Assembly (NCBI GenBank): GCA_031556035.1
Contig: JAVBTT010000006.1
Location: forward strand, 45,655 to 109,654
Source of the DNA: Oscillospiraceae bacterium
Lineage (GTDB): Bacteria > Bacillota > Clostridia > Oscillospirales > UBA929
Direction of reading: 5' to 3'
Length of the DNA: 64,000 nt
Of this stretch, positions 9,281 through 19,091 are shown one piece after another. Numbering within the stretch: the first letter of the stretch is position 1; every line of letters starts with the position of its first letter. The translations under genes were made by a program, and so were the position numbers. Under the pieces are notes generated by a model. It searched no databases. It saw only the letters and a list, made by a program, of their open reading frames with translations, and was not told the DNA's origin.

Positions 9281-9569
9281 GTATTTTCAAGTCTCCTTAA
9301 GTTATTGTGAGAGGTCAATCCATAGCATTATAACATCTATGTCGTAGTGTGGCAATGACGGCTTTAATCTAAGGGCGAATCCGGCTATTTAAAAATTCAG
9401 TGAATACGCTTTACCAAAAATTTATTTAGAGTTATATTTAACCAAACAAGACTGGGTCTGTCTGCCTGTCGCGTAAACATCTAAAACACTGATATAGGGC
9501 CATGGCTCGCCGATCCCGCTTGTGTCCCCCTCCCTTAAATGTAATATAATAGTATTGAAGGAGGTGATG

Positions 9570-9800
9570 CCCATGTACGAACAGGCAAATGACAAGTATG
9601 CGTATGTCAATATAATAGCCAGCTGCGACGACGATAGGAATCTGCATGAAACCGAAAGAAGAAGGGATTCGGACCCCTGCGTTGTCGTAAACATTTTTGT
9701 AGAATGCGAAGAAGGCCGCCGCGGAAAGGAGCCCTGCGGGAAACCCAAAGCGCCGCCTTGCGTTGAGGTAAACGTCTACGCCGATTGCGACAGGAAGTAG
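9570..9800 (+). CDS. small Cys/acidic-rich protein with three internal repeats (possible spore-associated protein)
   Basis: ATG at 9570 is preceded by a GGAGGTG SD. The 76 aa product has a tripled motif: YVNIIASCDDD / VVVNIFVECEEG / VEVNVYADCDRK. A TAATATAAT -10-like box lies upstream and a bidirectional terminator lies downstream. Confidence 0.5.
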   Translation, partial: PMYEQANDKYAYVNIIASCDDDRNLHETERRRDSDPCVVVNIFVECEEGRRGKEPCGKPKAPPCVEVNVYADCDRK

Positions 9801-9867
9801 TTATACCCAAAGATCACCATCTGCGAGCGCGTAAATAATATGCATTCCTAATAGATTATGTAAACCA

Positions 9868-9949
9868 GACTCTGAGTGTTTCACGTGAAACATTCAGAGT
9901 TAAACAACGCAGGCTGAGCGGTCATAACCGTCCAGCCTGCGTTGTTTAA
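9868..9949. terminator. two adjacent near-perfect hairpins forming a bidirectional terminator between convergent genes
   Basis: ACTCTGAGTGTTTCAC/GTGAAACATTCAGAGT at 9868-9900 and TTAAACAACGCAGGCTG…CAGCCTGCGTTGTTTAA at 9900-9949 (17-bp stem). Confidence 0.6.
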
Positions 9950-9972
9950 CTCTCGATTAATCTCTGCCCATT

Positions 9973-10806
9973 TTATCCGGCCCGTTTCGGAATCTTTATG
10001 GTAACAACCATGCCGTCCGGCCCGTCTGTACGGTTCATTTCAGCGCCCACTCCTGAGCGCCTCATCGTATCCACGGCGCGGGTGACTGTGTTCAGAAACA
10101 ACCTCAAATCCTTGAATACATACAACGTGCGCATTCTCTCCTTGGGCGTAGGCTCGTCCTTTTCCTGTCCTGAGTGTGTCAGGTAATCGTCTATGTATTC
10201 ATCAGTCTGAGAGACATTGAGATGCCTCGAGACAATCGTCTCCAGCGCAATCTTCCGATCCTCAATGGCCTCCAGCCGCAAGAGCGCCCGAGCGTGGCGT
10301 TCTGTCAGGCCGTTCTCCCTAATGCTCTCAATCATCTCGGGCGGGTGCCTCAAAAGACGCAGCTTATTGGCGACCGCCGACTGTGATTTGCCGATGCGCC
10401 GCGCCGCCTCTTCCTGGGACAGGCCGAACTGATATATCAGCCGTTGCAGCCCCTCGGCTTCCTCAAAAAAATCCAGATCACAGCGCTGTAGATTTTCAAC
10501 CAGGGCTATTAGTGAGCTTTGCTTCTCGTCCGCTCCAATTACAATGCAGGGCACCTCGTTGAGCCCCGCAATGCGCGACGCTCTCAGCCGACGTTCACCG
10601 GCCACTAATTCGTAGCCTCCCCCCAACCGCTTGCGTATAGTGAGCGGCTGAAGTACACCATATTGTTTAATTGACTCCGAAAGCTCTCTCAAGCCCTCTG
10701 TGTCGAATATCCTCCGGGGCTGTCCCGGATTGGGATAAATCGCGGAAATTTTGATAAAAAACACCCTGTTGCTCTCTAAAAGGCCATTTCTTCTCAGTAT
10801 CTGCAT
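9973..10806 (-). CDS. ParB/Spo0J-family protein (ParB N-terminal nuclease-like domain plus HTH); orphan, no parA partner in the window
   Basis: ParB box GERRLRA, IALVENLQR and the HTH LSQEEAARRIGKSQSAVANKLRLL are present. It is 277 aa with an unusual C-terminal ~60 aa. Confidence 0.75.
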   Translation of the reverse strand: MQILRRNGLLESNRVFFIKISAIYPNPGQPRRIFDTEGLRELSESIKQYGVLQPLTIRKRLGGGYELVAGERRLRASRIAGLNEVPCIVIGADEKQSSLIALVENLQRCDLDFFEEAEGLQRLIYQFGLSQEEAARRIGKSQSAVANKLRLLRHPPEMIESIRENGLTERHARALLRLEAIEDRKIALETIVSRHLNVSQTDEYIDDYLTHSGQEKDEPTPKERMRTLYVFKDLRLFLNTVTRAVDTMRRSGVGAEMNRTDGPDGMVVTIKIPKRAG

Positions 10807-11155
10807 TAATACTTCCCCCAGCTTGTCCCGGATTATTCTCCGGGACTATTTTTATATTTCTCAGGAAATGGATTGCTGTTATGTAGTATGCTCCCCCTTT
10901 CTGTTTGCTGATCTCAGCAGGGGCGGATCTCGTGTCCGCCCTTCGCAATCGGTCAAGCTGCGCTCCCCGCTTGCGCTCAGCCTCCGCCTTCGCCGGGCTG
11001 CACCCGCCTTCAGCCGGAGTCTTCGCGTAGTTTCAAAATAACCTTCGTCGTGCACTGTGTTGCTCCTTGGTTATTTTTCAACGCGCGGGGGCTGCGCTCT
11101 TCGGGTTTAATTGACATAATCATATAGGCTATTTCCCAAGAAGCAAAGGGAAGCA

Positions 11156-11205
11156 TGTCGGCAATAATAAAAAAATAACAACATATTGTGTCGGCAATAA
11201 TAAAA
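11156..11205. promoter_or_regulatory. 17-bp direct repeat TGTCGGCAATAATAAAA ×2 (33 bp apart) in the AT-rich region upstream of the large SLH glycosidase gene; candidate operator
   Basis: Exact copies at 11156-11172 and 11189-11205, each followed by ...CATATT. A TTGACA -35-like motif lies at 11111. Confidence 0.35.
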
Positions 11206-11359
11206 TAAGCGCATATTTTGCAAAAGTTTACCGTTTACATGGCAGATAAAATGTAGTAAAATAAAGTGTGTGCAACTTGACATAAAACAGGAAGTTATTT
11301 TTATTCTCTGATTTCTGAAAATACAGGCGCAGACAGTCTATTTACAAAAGGAGAGCCGC

Positions 11360-14300
11360 ATGAACAAAGCACTCAAAGGATTTTTAAGCGTGTTTCTGAG
11401 CGCCGCTATGCTGATATCCCCCTCGCTCGCGCAAGGCGCCCCGGACTGGATCGGGGTAAATCTTCGCAACTACGAGGCTCCGCTGCACGACGGGCTGTAT
11501 TACAGCTCCAACACAATACAGAACAAGTCGTCCGGCCGCGCCGAGGAGCGGATCCTCATCCGGGAGGCGGGCTCAAGGGCCATCCCGGTGGTGGTGGGCG
11601 GCGACTACATATACAACTCCAACCTCACGCTGAAGCAGGCGGCGGACAAGCTCACGGCCTCCGGCAGGACGGTCGTGGGCGGGATAACGGGAGATATGTT
11701 CTCAGTCTCTACCGGGGTGCCGCTCGGACTTGTAATCACCGGCGGAATCGTGCGTTCCTCCTGCGACCCCGGATACTGGGCGGCGGGCTTCCGCGCGGAC
11801 GGTACGGCGTTCGTCGGCGACGTGGCGATGGCGACCACCCTGACCGCCGGGGGCAAGACAATTAAAATCGACCGAATCAACCACGTCCGCGACGTGGACA
11901 GGATAACTCTCTACACCCCCGACTTCAGCACCGACACCCGCACGACAAAGCAGGGCCGCCATGTCGTGCTTACTGTCGACGGCAGCCTTAAAATGGGCGG
12001 CACGCTCAGCGGCACAGTCAAGGCCGTCATAGACGGTATCGCCGCCGAGCCGCTGCGCCAGGGCGAGATGGTGCTGTCCGCCAGCTCGGCAGCGCAGGTA
12101 GAGGCGCTTGGCACTCTCGTCCAGGGGGAGAGCGTCAGTATATCAATAGCCTCAAACAACGCCTGGTATGACGTGGAGTACGCCTGCGGCGGCGTTCACG
12201 CCCTTGTCAAGAACGGCGCGGTCATTTCCGGCCTTGGCACGGACAGGGCCCCTCGCACCGCCGTCGGCATGAAAGAGGACGGCTCTCTTGTGCTGTTCGC
12301 GGTGGACGGCAGGCAGTCCGGCTACTCGTCCGGCATGTCCCTGGCAGACGTGGCATACAGAATGCAGTCCCTGGGCTGCACCTATGCCCTTGAGCTGGAC
12401 GGAGGGGGGTCAACCGCCGCGGGCATAGTCCGCCCCGGCAGGACAGAGTTCTCGGTAGTAAACTCGCCGTCGGACGGAAGCCTCAGAAAGTGCACAAACT
12501 ATATTTTTCTTGTAAATCCCGAACCGAAGCTGGGGCAGGCGGCCTGCGGCTTTATATACGGCCCGGAAAGCGTTTATTTGACCGGAGCGTCCGCGCGCCT
12601 TGAATACAGGGAGGCGGACGCGAACTGGCACGCGGTGCAGACGCGGGTTCCGCAGTGGTCCATAAGCGACGAGTTTCTGGGCAGCATCGACTCCACAGGC
12701 TTCTTTACGGCGGGCTCCGCCGGAGAGGGCTTTGTGAGCGCCGAGGCTAACGGAATCTTCAGCGAATACCCAGTAAAGGTTTCGGGGACGATAGATACCC
12801 TCAAGGTCATCCTTGAGTCGGACGGCAGCGAGGTTAAGGGACTGCAAAACGGCCCGGGCAAGACCGTTGCCCTGCGCGCGGAGGGGATACTCAACGGCTT
12901 CAAGGTGGTTTCACAGGATGCCTGCTTTAAATGGGAGGTGTTTGGCAACGTCGGCACGGTCGACCAGAACGGAACGTTCACCTACGGGGAGACGGTCGGC
13001 GCGACAGGGCATCTGAGCGTCTCGGGCGGGGACAGGATGATTACGATTCCGATAACGGTGGGCGTATCCCCGGTGCTGGTCGAGGGCTTTGAGAACGGCG
13101 CTCCGGCGGTCGACGCGGAGGGCGCTGGCATGACGTTCAGGCAGGACATCTCTATTAAAGCAGCGGGGCGCGGCATGAAGTCCGGGCTGTTTGGCTACCA
13201 GTTCACACCTGTTGAGGGCGCGGAAACGCCCGAGGTCACGATCGGCGCCAATATCGCCCTCAAGGGCTCGCCCACTCACCTCAATCTGCTTCTCAGGGGA
13301 GACGGCTCCGGAAGCTCGCTGGACATCCTGTTCTCAGACTCGTCCGGCACTGTCAAGCGTGTCGAGGCGGCAAGGCTCTGGGGCACGGAGTACACGGAGG
13401 TGCAGCTCGCCGTGCCTCCTAAAAGCGCGAAAATATCCGGCTTCGCGCTCAGGCCGACCGGCTCCAAAGCAAGCGGCAGCTTCAGCCTCGACCAGATTGT
13501 CTCGGCCTGGAACGAGCGCGGGAGCGTCTCCGCCCCCGCCATAGACCTGACGGGGCCGGATGGAGTCTCCCAGCCCGGCAACCTGATATTCTCCGCCAAA
13601 ATCATCGGCTCGGGCGGCGCCCCACTGCCCCGCTCCGGCATATCGGTCACCTGGGACGGCGCGGCGGAGGAGTTTGTATACGACTCCTACACCGGCCAGC
13701 TCACCGTCACGGTGCCCGACCCGGTAAGCGACCTGCATATATTAACCGTGACCGCGACCGACGTGTTCGGCAACCGCCGCAGGGCCTCGGTACAGGTGAG
13801 TCGTGACCGGGCGGACAACCTCGACAAGTTCATCGACGTCTCCGGAAAATGGATGGAGATGTACGCCGACTTCCTGGATGGCAGGAACCTGCTGCCCGGG
13901 CGCGAGGAGGGCGGACTGCGCTACTTCGACCCGAGCATGCAGCTGACGCGGCTTGAGATGGTGGAGATGGTAGTCGCTTTGATGAAGGTGGAGGTGGGCC
14001 TCTACGCCGAGACTGTCCTCCCCTTCACGGACGCGGACAAGCTGCCGGCGAGCTCCCTGCCGGCGGTCAAGGCGGCGTACGCGCTCGGGGTGGTTGCCGG
14101 AATCTCGGACAAGAACGGAAGCCTGTCCCTCGGCTGGGATAAGCCGATCACGCGGCAGGACTTCTGCGTGATTGTGCTCGGCGCTCTGCCCAAGGGCTAC
14201 GAGCGCAAGGCGCTGACCTTCAGCGACAAGGGGAGCGTGTCAGCCTACGCGGTCGAGGCGGTCGAAACGTTTGTGAACCTCGGCGCGATATCCGGCATGG

Positions 14301-14377
14301 GTGACGGTACGTTTGCCCCGCGCAAGAGCATAACACGGGCCGAGGCCTCGTCGATACTGACGAATCTGTTTTTCTAA
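11360..14377 (+). CDS. cell-surface protein: N-terminal phosphodiester-glycosidase (NAGPA-like, DUF2233) domain, central Ig-like repeats, three C-terminal SLH domains
   Basis: 1005 aa with a signal peptide (MNKALKGFLSVFLSAAMLISPSLAQGA). NAGPA-like motifs (GGITGDMF…RTAVGMKEDGSLVLFAVDGRQSGYSSGMSLADVAYRMQSLGCTYALELDGGGSTA). Three SLH repeats at the C-terminus. AAAGGAG SD upstream. Confidence 0.85.
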   Translation: MNKALKGFLSVFLSAAMLISPSLAQGAPDWIGVNLRNYEAPLHDGLYYSSNTIQNKSSGRAEERILIREAGSRAIPVVVGGDYIYNSNLTLKQAADKLTASGRTVVGGITGDMFSVSTGVPLGLVITGGIVRSSCDPGYWAAGFRADGTAFVGDVAMATTLTAGGKTIKIDRINHVRDVDRITLYTPDFSTDTRTTKQGRHVVLTVDGSLKMGGTLSGTVKAVIDGIAAEPLRQGEMVLSASSAAQVEALGTLVQGESVSISIASNNAWYDVEYACGGVHALVKNGAVISGLGTDRAPRTAVGMKEDGSLVLFAVDGRQSGYSSGMSLADVAYRMQSLGCTYALELDGGGSTAAGIVRPGRTEFSVVNSPSDGSLRKCTNYIFLVNPEPKLGQAACGFIYGPESVYLTGASARLEYREADANWHAVQTRVPQWSISDEFLGSIDSTGFFTAGSAGEGFVSAEANGIFSEYPVKVSGTIDTLKVILESDGSEVKGLQNGPGKTVALRAEGILNGFKVVSQDACFKWEVFGNVGTVDQNGTFTYGETVGATGHLSVSGGDRMITIPITVGVSPVLVEGFENGAPAVDAEGAGMTFRQDISIKAAGRGMKSGLFGYQFTPVEGAETPEVTIGANIALKGSPTHLNLLLRGDGSGSSLDILFSDSSGTVKRVEAARLWGTEYTEVQLAVPPKSAKISGFALRPTGSKASGSFSLDQIVSAWNERGSVSAPAIDLTGPDGVSQPGNLIFSAKIIGSGGAPLPRSGISVTWDGAAEEFVYDSYTGQLTVTVPDPVSDLHILTVTATDVFGNRRRASVQVSRDRADNLDKFIDVSGKWMEMYADFLDGRNLLPGREEGGLRYFDPSMQLTRLEMVEMVVALMKVEVGLYAETVLPFTDADKLPASSLPAVKAAYALGVVAGISDKNGSLSLGWDKPITRQDFCVIVLGALPKGYERKALTFSDKGSVSAYAVEAVETFVNLGAISGMGDGTFAPRKSITRAEASSILTNLFF

Positions 14378-14383
14378 AAAGAA

Positions 14384-14427
14384 GAGCGGAGCCGGGCGTG
14401 TCTCAAACAATCCAAGGAGCGGCGCCC
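14384..14427. repeat. B-family repeat, 5' half (AGAAGAGCGGAGCCGGGCGTGTCTCAAACAATCCAAGGAGCGGCG) immediately after the stop codon
   Basis: Starts 4 nt after the TAA of the SLH glycosidase gene. Same terminus as the copies at 15888, 17741, 42535 and 45754 (reverse). Confidence 0.7.
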
Positions 14428-14744
14428 TCTCAGACCCTGCGGGGCCAGCTCTCCCAAGGGGAGAGCCCAGGCCGATGACAAACTACTGTTTGTCATCGAA
14501 AACGAGGGCAAGCTGTCGCCGCTGAGGCGGCTCGCAGAGAAAGGCTTTCCCGGAGTGAATCCGTGAAAGCCTTGAATTTCAAACTTTTTCACTCTTGCGG
14601 TCAAGCAAGAACCTGCCGCCTCCGGCGTCAGGCTCAACGCGCAAAAGTGAAAAAGGACGGAGGTCGCGGACTTTGTCAGCAGCCTGATCTCTCCCTGTGG
14701 GAGAGGTGGCGCGAAGCGCCGGAGAGGGTGCGCCAGCCGTGGAG
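14428..14744. repeat. A-family structured repeat, copy A2, with flank modules Y (left) and X-revcomp (right)
   Basis: Same core as A1. The flanks CAGACCCTGCGGGGCCAGCTCTCCCAAGGGGAGAGCCCAG (left) and CTCTCCCTGTGGGAGAGGTGGCGCGAAGCGCCGGAGAGGGTGCGCC (right) are the exact reverse complements of the flanks of copy A3, but on the opposite sides. Confidence 0.85.
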
Positions 14745-15149
14745 AAATAAAAACACACCATTTTTTAAAAACTCTCCCCATATTTACCTCTCATATTGCT
14801 TCCGCTCCGGGTCATACTATGTGTGGACAACGACGGACAAGCTTTGGAACAGCTGATGATGTTCACTATTGCTCCAGGCCGGTGCAGGAGAGTAAAATCT
14901 CCGTAAAAGCGAATGGCTGAGTGGTTTTAAAAAGGGTCCGAATAGACGTTGTCAAGCGTTGAAGACGGTTTGTGATAGGGCCGCTAAAAAATGCGCCGCC
15001 GGGGTTCCGTAGAGGAGTCCCGGCGGTTTCCCGTTTGCGATATCATGCGACCTCGTTTTCAGGGTGGTAAAAACACTTGTAATGCAATATAAATGTAGTG
15101 TATAATTGCTTAATCCGGCGCGAGCATATATGAAACGAGGGCCGTCTGT

Positions 15150-15887
15150 GTGACACTTGAGGTTTTGGGCGTGGATACATACTGCACAATAGCGGGCTCC
15201 GGCCCGCATCTGGTTTTTCTCCACGGCTGGGGAGTGGGACACGAGCTATACGCCCCGCTGCTGGAGCATCTCCAAAAGACGCACACCGTCTTCGCGCCCG
15301 ATCTACCCGGCTTCGGCAAGACACCGGAGCCGCCGGAGCCGTGGGGCGTGGACGAGTATGTGTCGTTTTTGCTGGAGTTTATGTCAGCCGCGGGGGTCAC
15401 AGCCCCCGTCATGATGGGGCACAGCAACGGCGGGCGCGTACTGCTCAATCTGCTTCCCAGGCACGACACAGGCGCGAAGAAGCTTGTTTTAATAGCCAGC
15501 GCGGGCTTGAAGCCCAAACGCGGTTTAGGGTATTACGCCAGAGTCTATACTTATAAGGCGGGCAAGGCGGTTCTGACGCCGTTCCCTGGCCTGAAGCGCC
15601 GCCTGACTGAAAACCGGGGCTCGGAGGATTACCGCCGCGCGTCCCCTCTGATGAAGGCCACGATGTCGCGGCTGCTGTCCTCGGACGCGACCGCGCTTCT
15701 GCCTAAGATAAGCGTCCCCACCCTACTGATCTGGGGCGAGGACGACACCGCCGCGCTGCTTAGCGACGCGAAAATTATGGAACGCGCTATCCCGGACGCA
15801 GGGCTGGCCCAATTGCCGGGCGGCCACTGGGCGTTTATGGAGCAGCTGCCCCGGACGCTGAGGATATTGGACAGTTTTTTACAATAA
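15150..15887 (+). CDS. alpha/beta-fold hydrolase
   Basis: GTG start. Motifs HGWGVGHELYAPL and the nucleophile elbow MMGHSNGG. 245 aa. Confidence 0.8.
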   Translation: MTLEVLGVDTYCTIAGSGPHLVFLHGWGVGHELYAPLLEHLQKTHTVFAPDLPGFGKTPEPPEPWGVDEYVSFLLEFMSAAGVTAPVMMGHSNGGRVLLNLLPRHDTGAKKLVLIASAGLKPKRGLGYYARVYTYKAGKAVLTPFPGLKRRLTENRGSEDYRRASPLMKATMSRLLSSDATALLPKISVPTLLIWGEDDTAALLSDAKIMERAIPDAGLAQLPGGHWAFMEQLPRTLRILDSFLQ

Positions 15888-16038
15888 GAAGAGCGCAGCC
15901 GGGCGGGTCTGAAAATATCCAAGGAGAAACGAAGTGTACGACGCAGGATATTTTCAGACAAAGCGCAGGCGTTTGGCGTAGTCCGCAAAGCGGACGCAGC
16001 CAAAGCCGGAGCGGCAGCCCGGCGGGAGCTTGACAATG
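15888..16038. repeat. B-family repeat, full copy (AGAAGAGCGCAGCCGGGCGGGTCTGAAAATATCC…GGATATTTTCAGAC…GCGGCAGCCCGGCGGGAGCTTGACA)
   Basis: Starts right at the TAA stop of the hydrolase gene and contains a 14-bp-stem hairpin. It is the reverse complement of the copy at 45583-45754. Confidence 0.85.
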
Positions 16039-16039
16039 C

Positions 16040-16095
16040 CGGAATCCCCCTGTCACCTTCGGTGACATCCCCCTTGTTAAAGGGGGACGTTGACG
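16040..16095. repeat. D-family short palindromes (GTCACCTTCGGTGAC and CCCCCTT..AAGGGGG)
   Basis: The same hairpin pair recurs at 17795-17855 and 23285-23440. Confidence 0.6.
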
Positions 16096-16168
16096 GCACT
16101 GTGGGTGCGCCGCATCCCCGCCCGCCGTATCTCACAACACCAACACAATCATCTCTGGGAGGGATTCA

Positions 16169-17734
16169 ATGCTCTGGATGCTCCTGTCAGTGTTTTTCGC
16201 GTCAGCAATGCTCGTCTCCCTGCGCTTTGTCCACATGCTCCAGCTCAGCTCCTATCAGACGCCGGGCTACCGCAAGTGGCTCAGGGAGAACGGCGCGGAT
16301 GTCTACAGGGCCATGGCACCGCTTGCTGTCGGCGCGTTGCTTGCCGCAATATTTGAGAATGAGTATATGGCTATTGCGGCAGCGGCGTCCATGCTGCTGG
16401 CCCTTGTTTTGCAACCGCGCAAAAAAGCGAAAAAGCCGCTGGTCTTTACGGGCAGGGTGGTGCGCCTGCTTGCGGCGCACGCGCTCCTGCTGGCTGCCCT
16501 CTGTATCGCGGCGTATTTCCTGTGGCTTGCCCCGTTTTTATGGCTTGGCCCACGGGTGCCGATAGCGCTGCTGTGCCTGTCCATGTTCGCGTCCGCCCAG
16601 ATCCTCATGGTGGCAAACTGGATCACCATGCCGCTGCAAAAGCTTATCAACGGCTTTTACCTCAGGGACGCCCAAAACAAGCTCGCCGCTGTCCCGAATC
16701 TGCTCGTGATAGGAGTCACCGGAAGCTACGGGAAGACCTCCGCGAAAGTGTTCCTGCACAAGCTGCTCTCCTCGCGCTACAACGTGCTGATGACCCCGGA
16801 GAGCTACAACACCCCGATGGGCGTCGTCCGGGCTATACGGGAGGGCCTTGAGCCGTCCCACCAGCTCTTTGTCTGCGAGATGGGCGCGCGGCATGTCGGG
16901 GACATAGCCGAGCTCTGCCGGATTGTGCGCCCCTCCCACGGCCTGATCACCTCCATAGGCCCCCAGCATCTTGAGACGTTCGGGAGCCTTGAGAACATAA
17001 TCAATACAAAATTTGAGCTGATAGACGCGCTGCCGCCCGAGGGCATTGCGTTTCTGGCGGACGGCAACGAGCATATACACCAAAGGCCGATATCCCGGCG
17101 CACCGTGCGCTACGCGCTGCGGGACGACACGGGGCTCGACTACCGCGTGACCGATATATCGGCGGACAGGCGCGGCAGCCGTTTTACAGTGACAACCAGG
17201 GACGGTGAGAGCCGGGAATTTCTCACCCCGGTGCTGGGACGGCATCAGGTAGAGAATATCGCGGGCGCGATTGCGGTGGCTCACACGCTGGGCATCAGTC
17301 TGGCCAAGCTCGCGCTGCCGGTCATGGGTTTGGAAAACCCGCCTCACCGTCTGAGGCTGATACGCGGCGGCGGCCTGACCGTGATAGACGACGCCTTCAA
17401 CGCCAACCCCGCCGGAGCCAGGGCCGCTTTGGACACTCTTGCAATGTTTTCCGGCGCCAAGATACTCGTCACCCCCGGCATGGTCGAGCTGGGAGAAAGG
17501 CAAAACGAGCTCAACCGCGAGTTTGGCCGGGACGCCGCCAGCGTGTGCGACTATGTGGCGCTGGTGGGAGTAAAGCAGACGCTGCCGATAGCAGAGGGAC
17601 TGCTTGAGGAAGGCTATCCGGAGGCAAGGTGGAGGGCGTTCGACACGCTCGGGCAGGCCATGGACTGGGTGCGCGGCCTGGACGCCGAGGACAAGGTTGT
17701 GCTGCTTGAGAACGATCTGCCGGATAATTATTGA
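16169..17734 (+). CDS. murF: UDP-N-acetylmuramoyl-tripeptide--D-alanyl-D-alanine ligase (MurF) with an N-terminal ~150 aa transmembrane extension
   Basis: Mur-ligase P-loop GVTGSYGKTS with central and C-terminal Mur domains. Followed directly by ddl. A GGGAGGG SD sits 5 nt before the ATG. Confidence 0.8.
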   Translation: MLWMLLSVFFASAMLVSLRFVHMLQLSSYQTPGYRKWLRENGADVYRAMAPLAVGALLAAIFENEYMAIAAAASMLLALVLQPRKKAKKPLVFTGRVVRLLAAHALLLAALCIAAYFLWLAPFLWLGPRVPIALLCLSMFASAQILMVANWITMPLQKLINGFYLRDAQNKLAAVPNLLVIGVTGSYGKTSAKVFLHKLLSSRYNVLMTPESYNTPMGVVRAIREGLEPSHQLFVCEMGARHVGDIAELCRIVRPSHGLITSIGPQHLETFGSLENIINTKFELIDALPPEGIAFLADGNEHIHQRPISRRTVRYALRDDTGLDYRVTDISADRRGSRFTVTTRDGESREFLTPVLGRHQVENIAGAIAVAHTLGISLAKLALPVMGLENPPHRLRLIRGGGLTVIDDAFNANPAGARAALDTLAMFSGAKILVTPGMVELGERQNELNREFGRDAASVCDYVALVGVKQTLPIAEGLLEEGYPEARWRAFDTLGQAMDWVRGLDAEDKVVLLENDLPDNY

Positions 17735-17740
17735 GAAGAG

Positions 17741-17855
17741 CGGAGCCCCCGCGCGTGAGCAAATATGCGACGAGCAGCGGGGAGCGCAGCTTGACATTAA
17801 AAAATCCCCCTGTCGGCCACAGGCCGACATCCCCCTTTGACAAGGGGGACATTGG
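17741..17855. repeat. B-family 5' half (GAGAAGAGCGGAGCCCCCGCGCGTGAGCAAATAT…) followed by D-family hairpins
   Basis: Begins right after the murF TGA stop and matches the reverse complement of the half-copy at 7076-7142. Confidence 0.7.
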
Positions 17856-17918
17856 ACTTATTTTTTCCGGGCTTTGCACAAAGCCCATCCCCAAAACATC
17901 TCAAAGGAGTGATTCACC

Positions 17919-19091
17919 TTGAGCATTCAGGTCGCCGTGTTTTTCGGCGGGAAAAGCGTCGAGCACGAGGTGTCGGTGATATCCGGCCTCCAAGCCTGCG
18001 CCGCGCTGGACAGGGGTAAATATACGGCGGTGCCGGTTTACATCGCCAAGGACGGCGCGTTTTACAGCGGCGACGAGTTTGGGAAGATAGAGAATTACAG
18101 GGACATCCCGAGGCTGCTTGAGAACGCCCGGCAGGTCTACCTGATCCGCTCGGGCGGCAAGGTGCTGCTCAAGGCCGACGTCAAAAAGCTCTTCGGGGCG
18201 GAGAAGCCGCTCCAGATAGACGTGGCCCTGCCGGTTGTTCACGGCACGTTCGCCGAGGACGGAACGCTCCAGGGCTACCTTGAGACACTGGGGCTGCCCT
18301 ACGCCGGGAGCGACGTGCTGTCCTCGGCCGTCAGCATGGATAAGCTTGTGACCAAGCGGCTGCTGCGGGCCGCCGGGCTGCCGGTGCTGCCGGAGGCCAA
18401 AATAACCTCCGAGGACTTCGCCGAGCGTCAGGGTCGGGCGCTCACCGACCTTGAGACCGAGATAACATACCCTGCTGTGGTCAAGCCGGTCAACCTCGGC
18501 TCCAGCGTGGGCATCTCCAAGGCTGAGAACCGCGACAGGCTGATCGAGGCGCTGGCGCTGGCCTTTAAGTTCGCGTCCGACGCCATAGTCGAGCCGGCGG
18601 TGATACATCTGCGGGAGATCAACGTAGCGGTGCTGGGGGATCGCGAGGGCGCGCGCGCGTCCGTCTGCGAGGAACCGATCGGGCGCGACGAGATTCTGAG
18701 CTTCAAGGACAAGTACATGTCCGGCGGCAAGGGCAAGGCGTCCGGAATGAGCTCCCTGAAGCGCAGGCTCCCCGCCGATATCCCGGACGAGCTGGCAAAG
18801 CAGGCGGGAGAGCTGGCGGTCAGGGCGTTTCAGGCGCTGGGTTGCTCAGGGGTGGCCCGGGTGGACTTCCTGCTGGACACCTTCAGGAATACGCTGTATA
18901 TCAACGAGATAAACCCCATACCCGGCTCGCTGGCCTTTTATCTCTGGAAGGAGAGCGGAACCGATTTCCCCGCGCTGCTGGAGGAGCTGATCTCGCTGGC
19001 CTTCGCCCGTCAGCGCAGGCGCGGCGAGCTGACCTTCGCGATAGACACGAATTTGCTTAGTACTACAGAATGGAAAGGAAGCAAGCAATGA
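17919..19091 (+). CDS. ddl: D-alanine--D-alanine ligase
   Basis: TTG start with an AAAGGAGTG SD. Ddl N-terminus (IQVAVFFGGKSVEHEVSVISG) and ATP-grasp motifs. Confidence 0.9.
   Translation: MSIQVAVFFGGKSVEHEVSVISGLQACAALDRGKYTAVPVYIAKDGAFYSGDEFGKIENYRDIPRLLENARQVYLIRSGGKVLLKADVKKLFGAEKPLQIDVALPVVHGTFAEDGTLQGYLETLGLPYAGSDVLSSAVSMDKLVTKRLLRAAGLPVLPEAKITSEDFAERQGRALTDLETEITYPAVVKPVNLGSSVGISKAENRDRLIEALALAFKFASDAIVEPAVIHLREINVAVLGDREGARASVCEEPIGRDEILSFKDKYMSGGKGKASGMSSLKRRLPADIPDELAKQAGELAVRAFQALGCSGVARVDFLLDTFRNTLYINEINPIPGSLAFYLWKESGTDFPALLEELISLAFARQRRRGELTFAIDTNLLSTTEWKGSKQ

Noticed and set aside
14745-15149. ~400 bp non-coding stretch upstream of the hydrolase gene, as a possible ncRNA or riboswitch
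   Set aside because: It contains a hairpin (CCGCCGGGGTTCCGTAGAGGAGTCCCGGCGG) and a TATAAT box but no motif I can assign. It is left unannotated.
16538-17830. 430 aa minus-strand ORF antisense to murF. Similar long antisense ORFs occur at 19010..20167, 17901..18608, 39316..41058, 49085..50392, 50519..51316, 43451..44056, 62184..62840, 545..907 and 1273..1884.
   Set aside because: These are high-GC antisense frames fully overlapping well-supported conserved genes. They have Arg/Ala/Gly-rich low-complexity translations and no SD.
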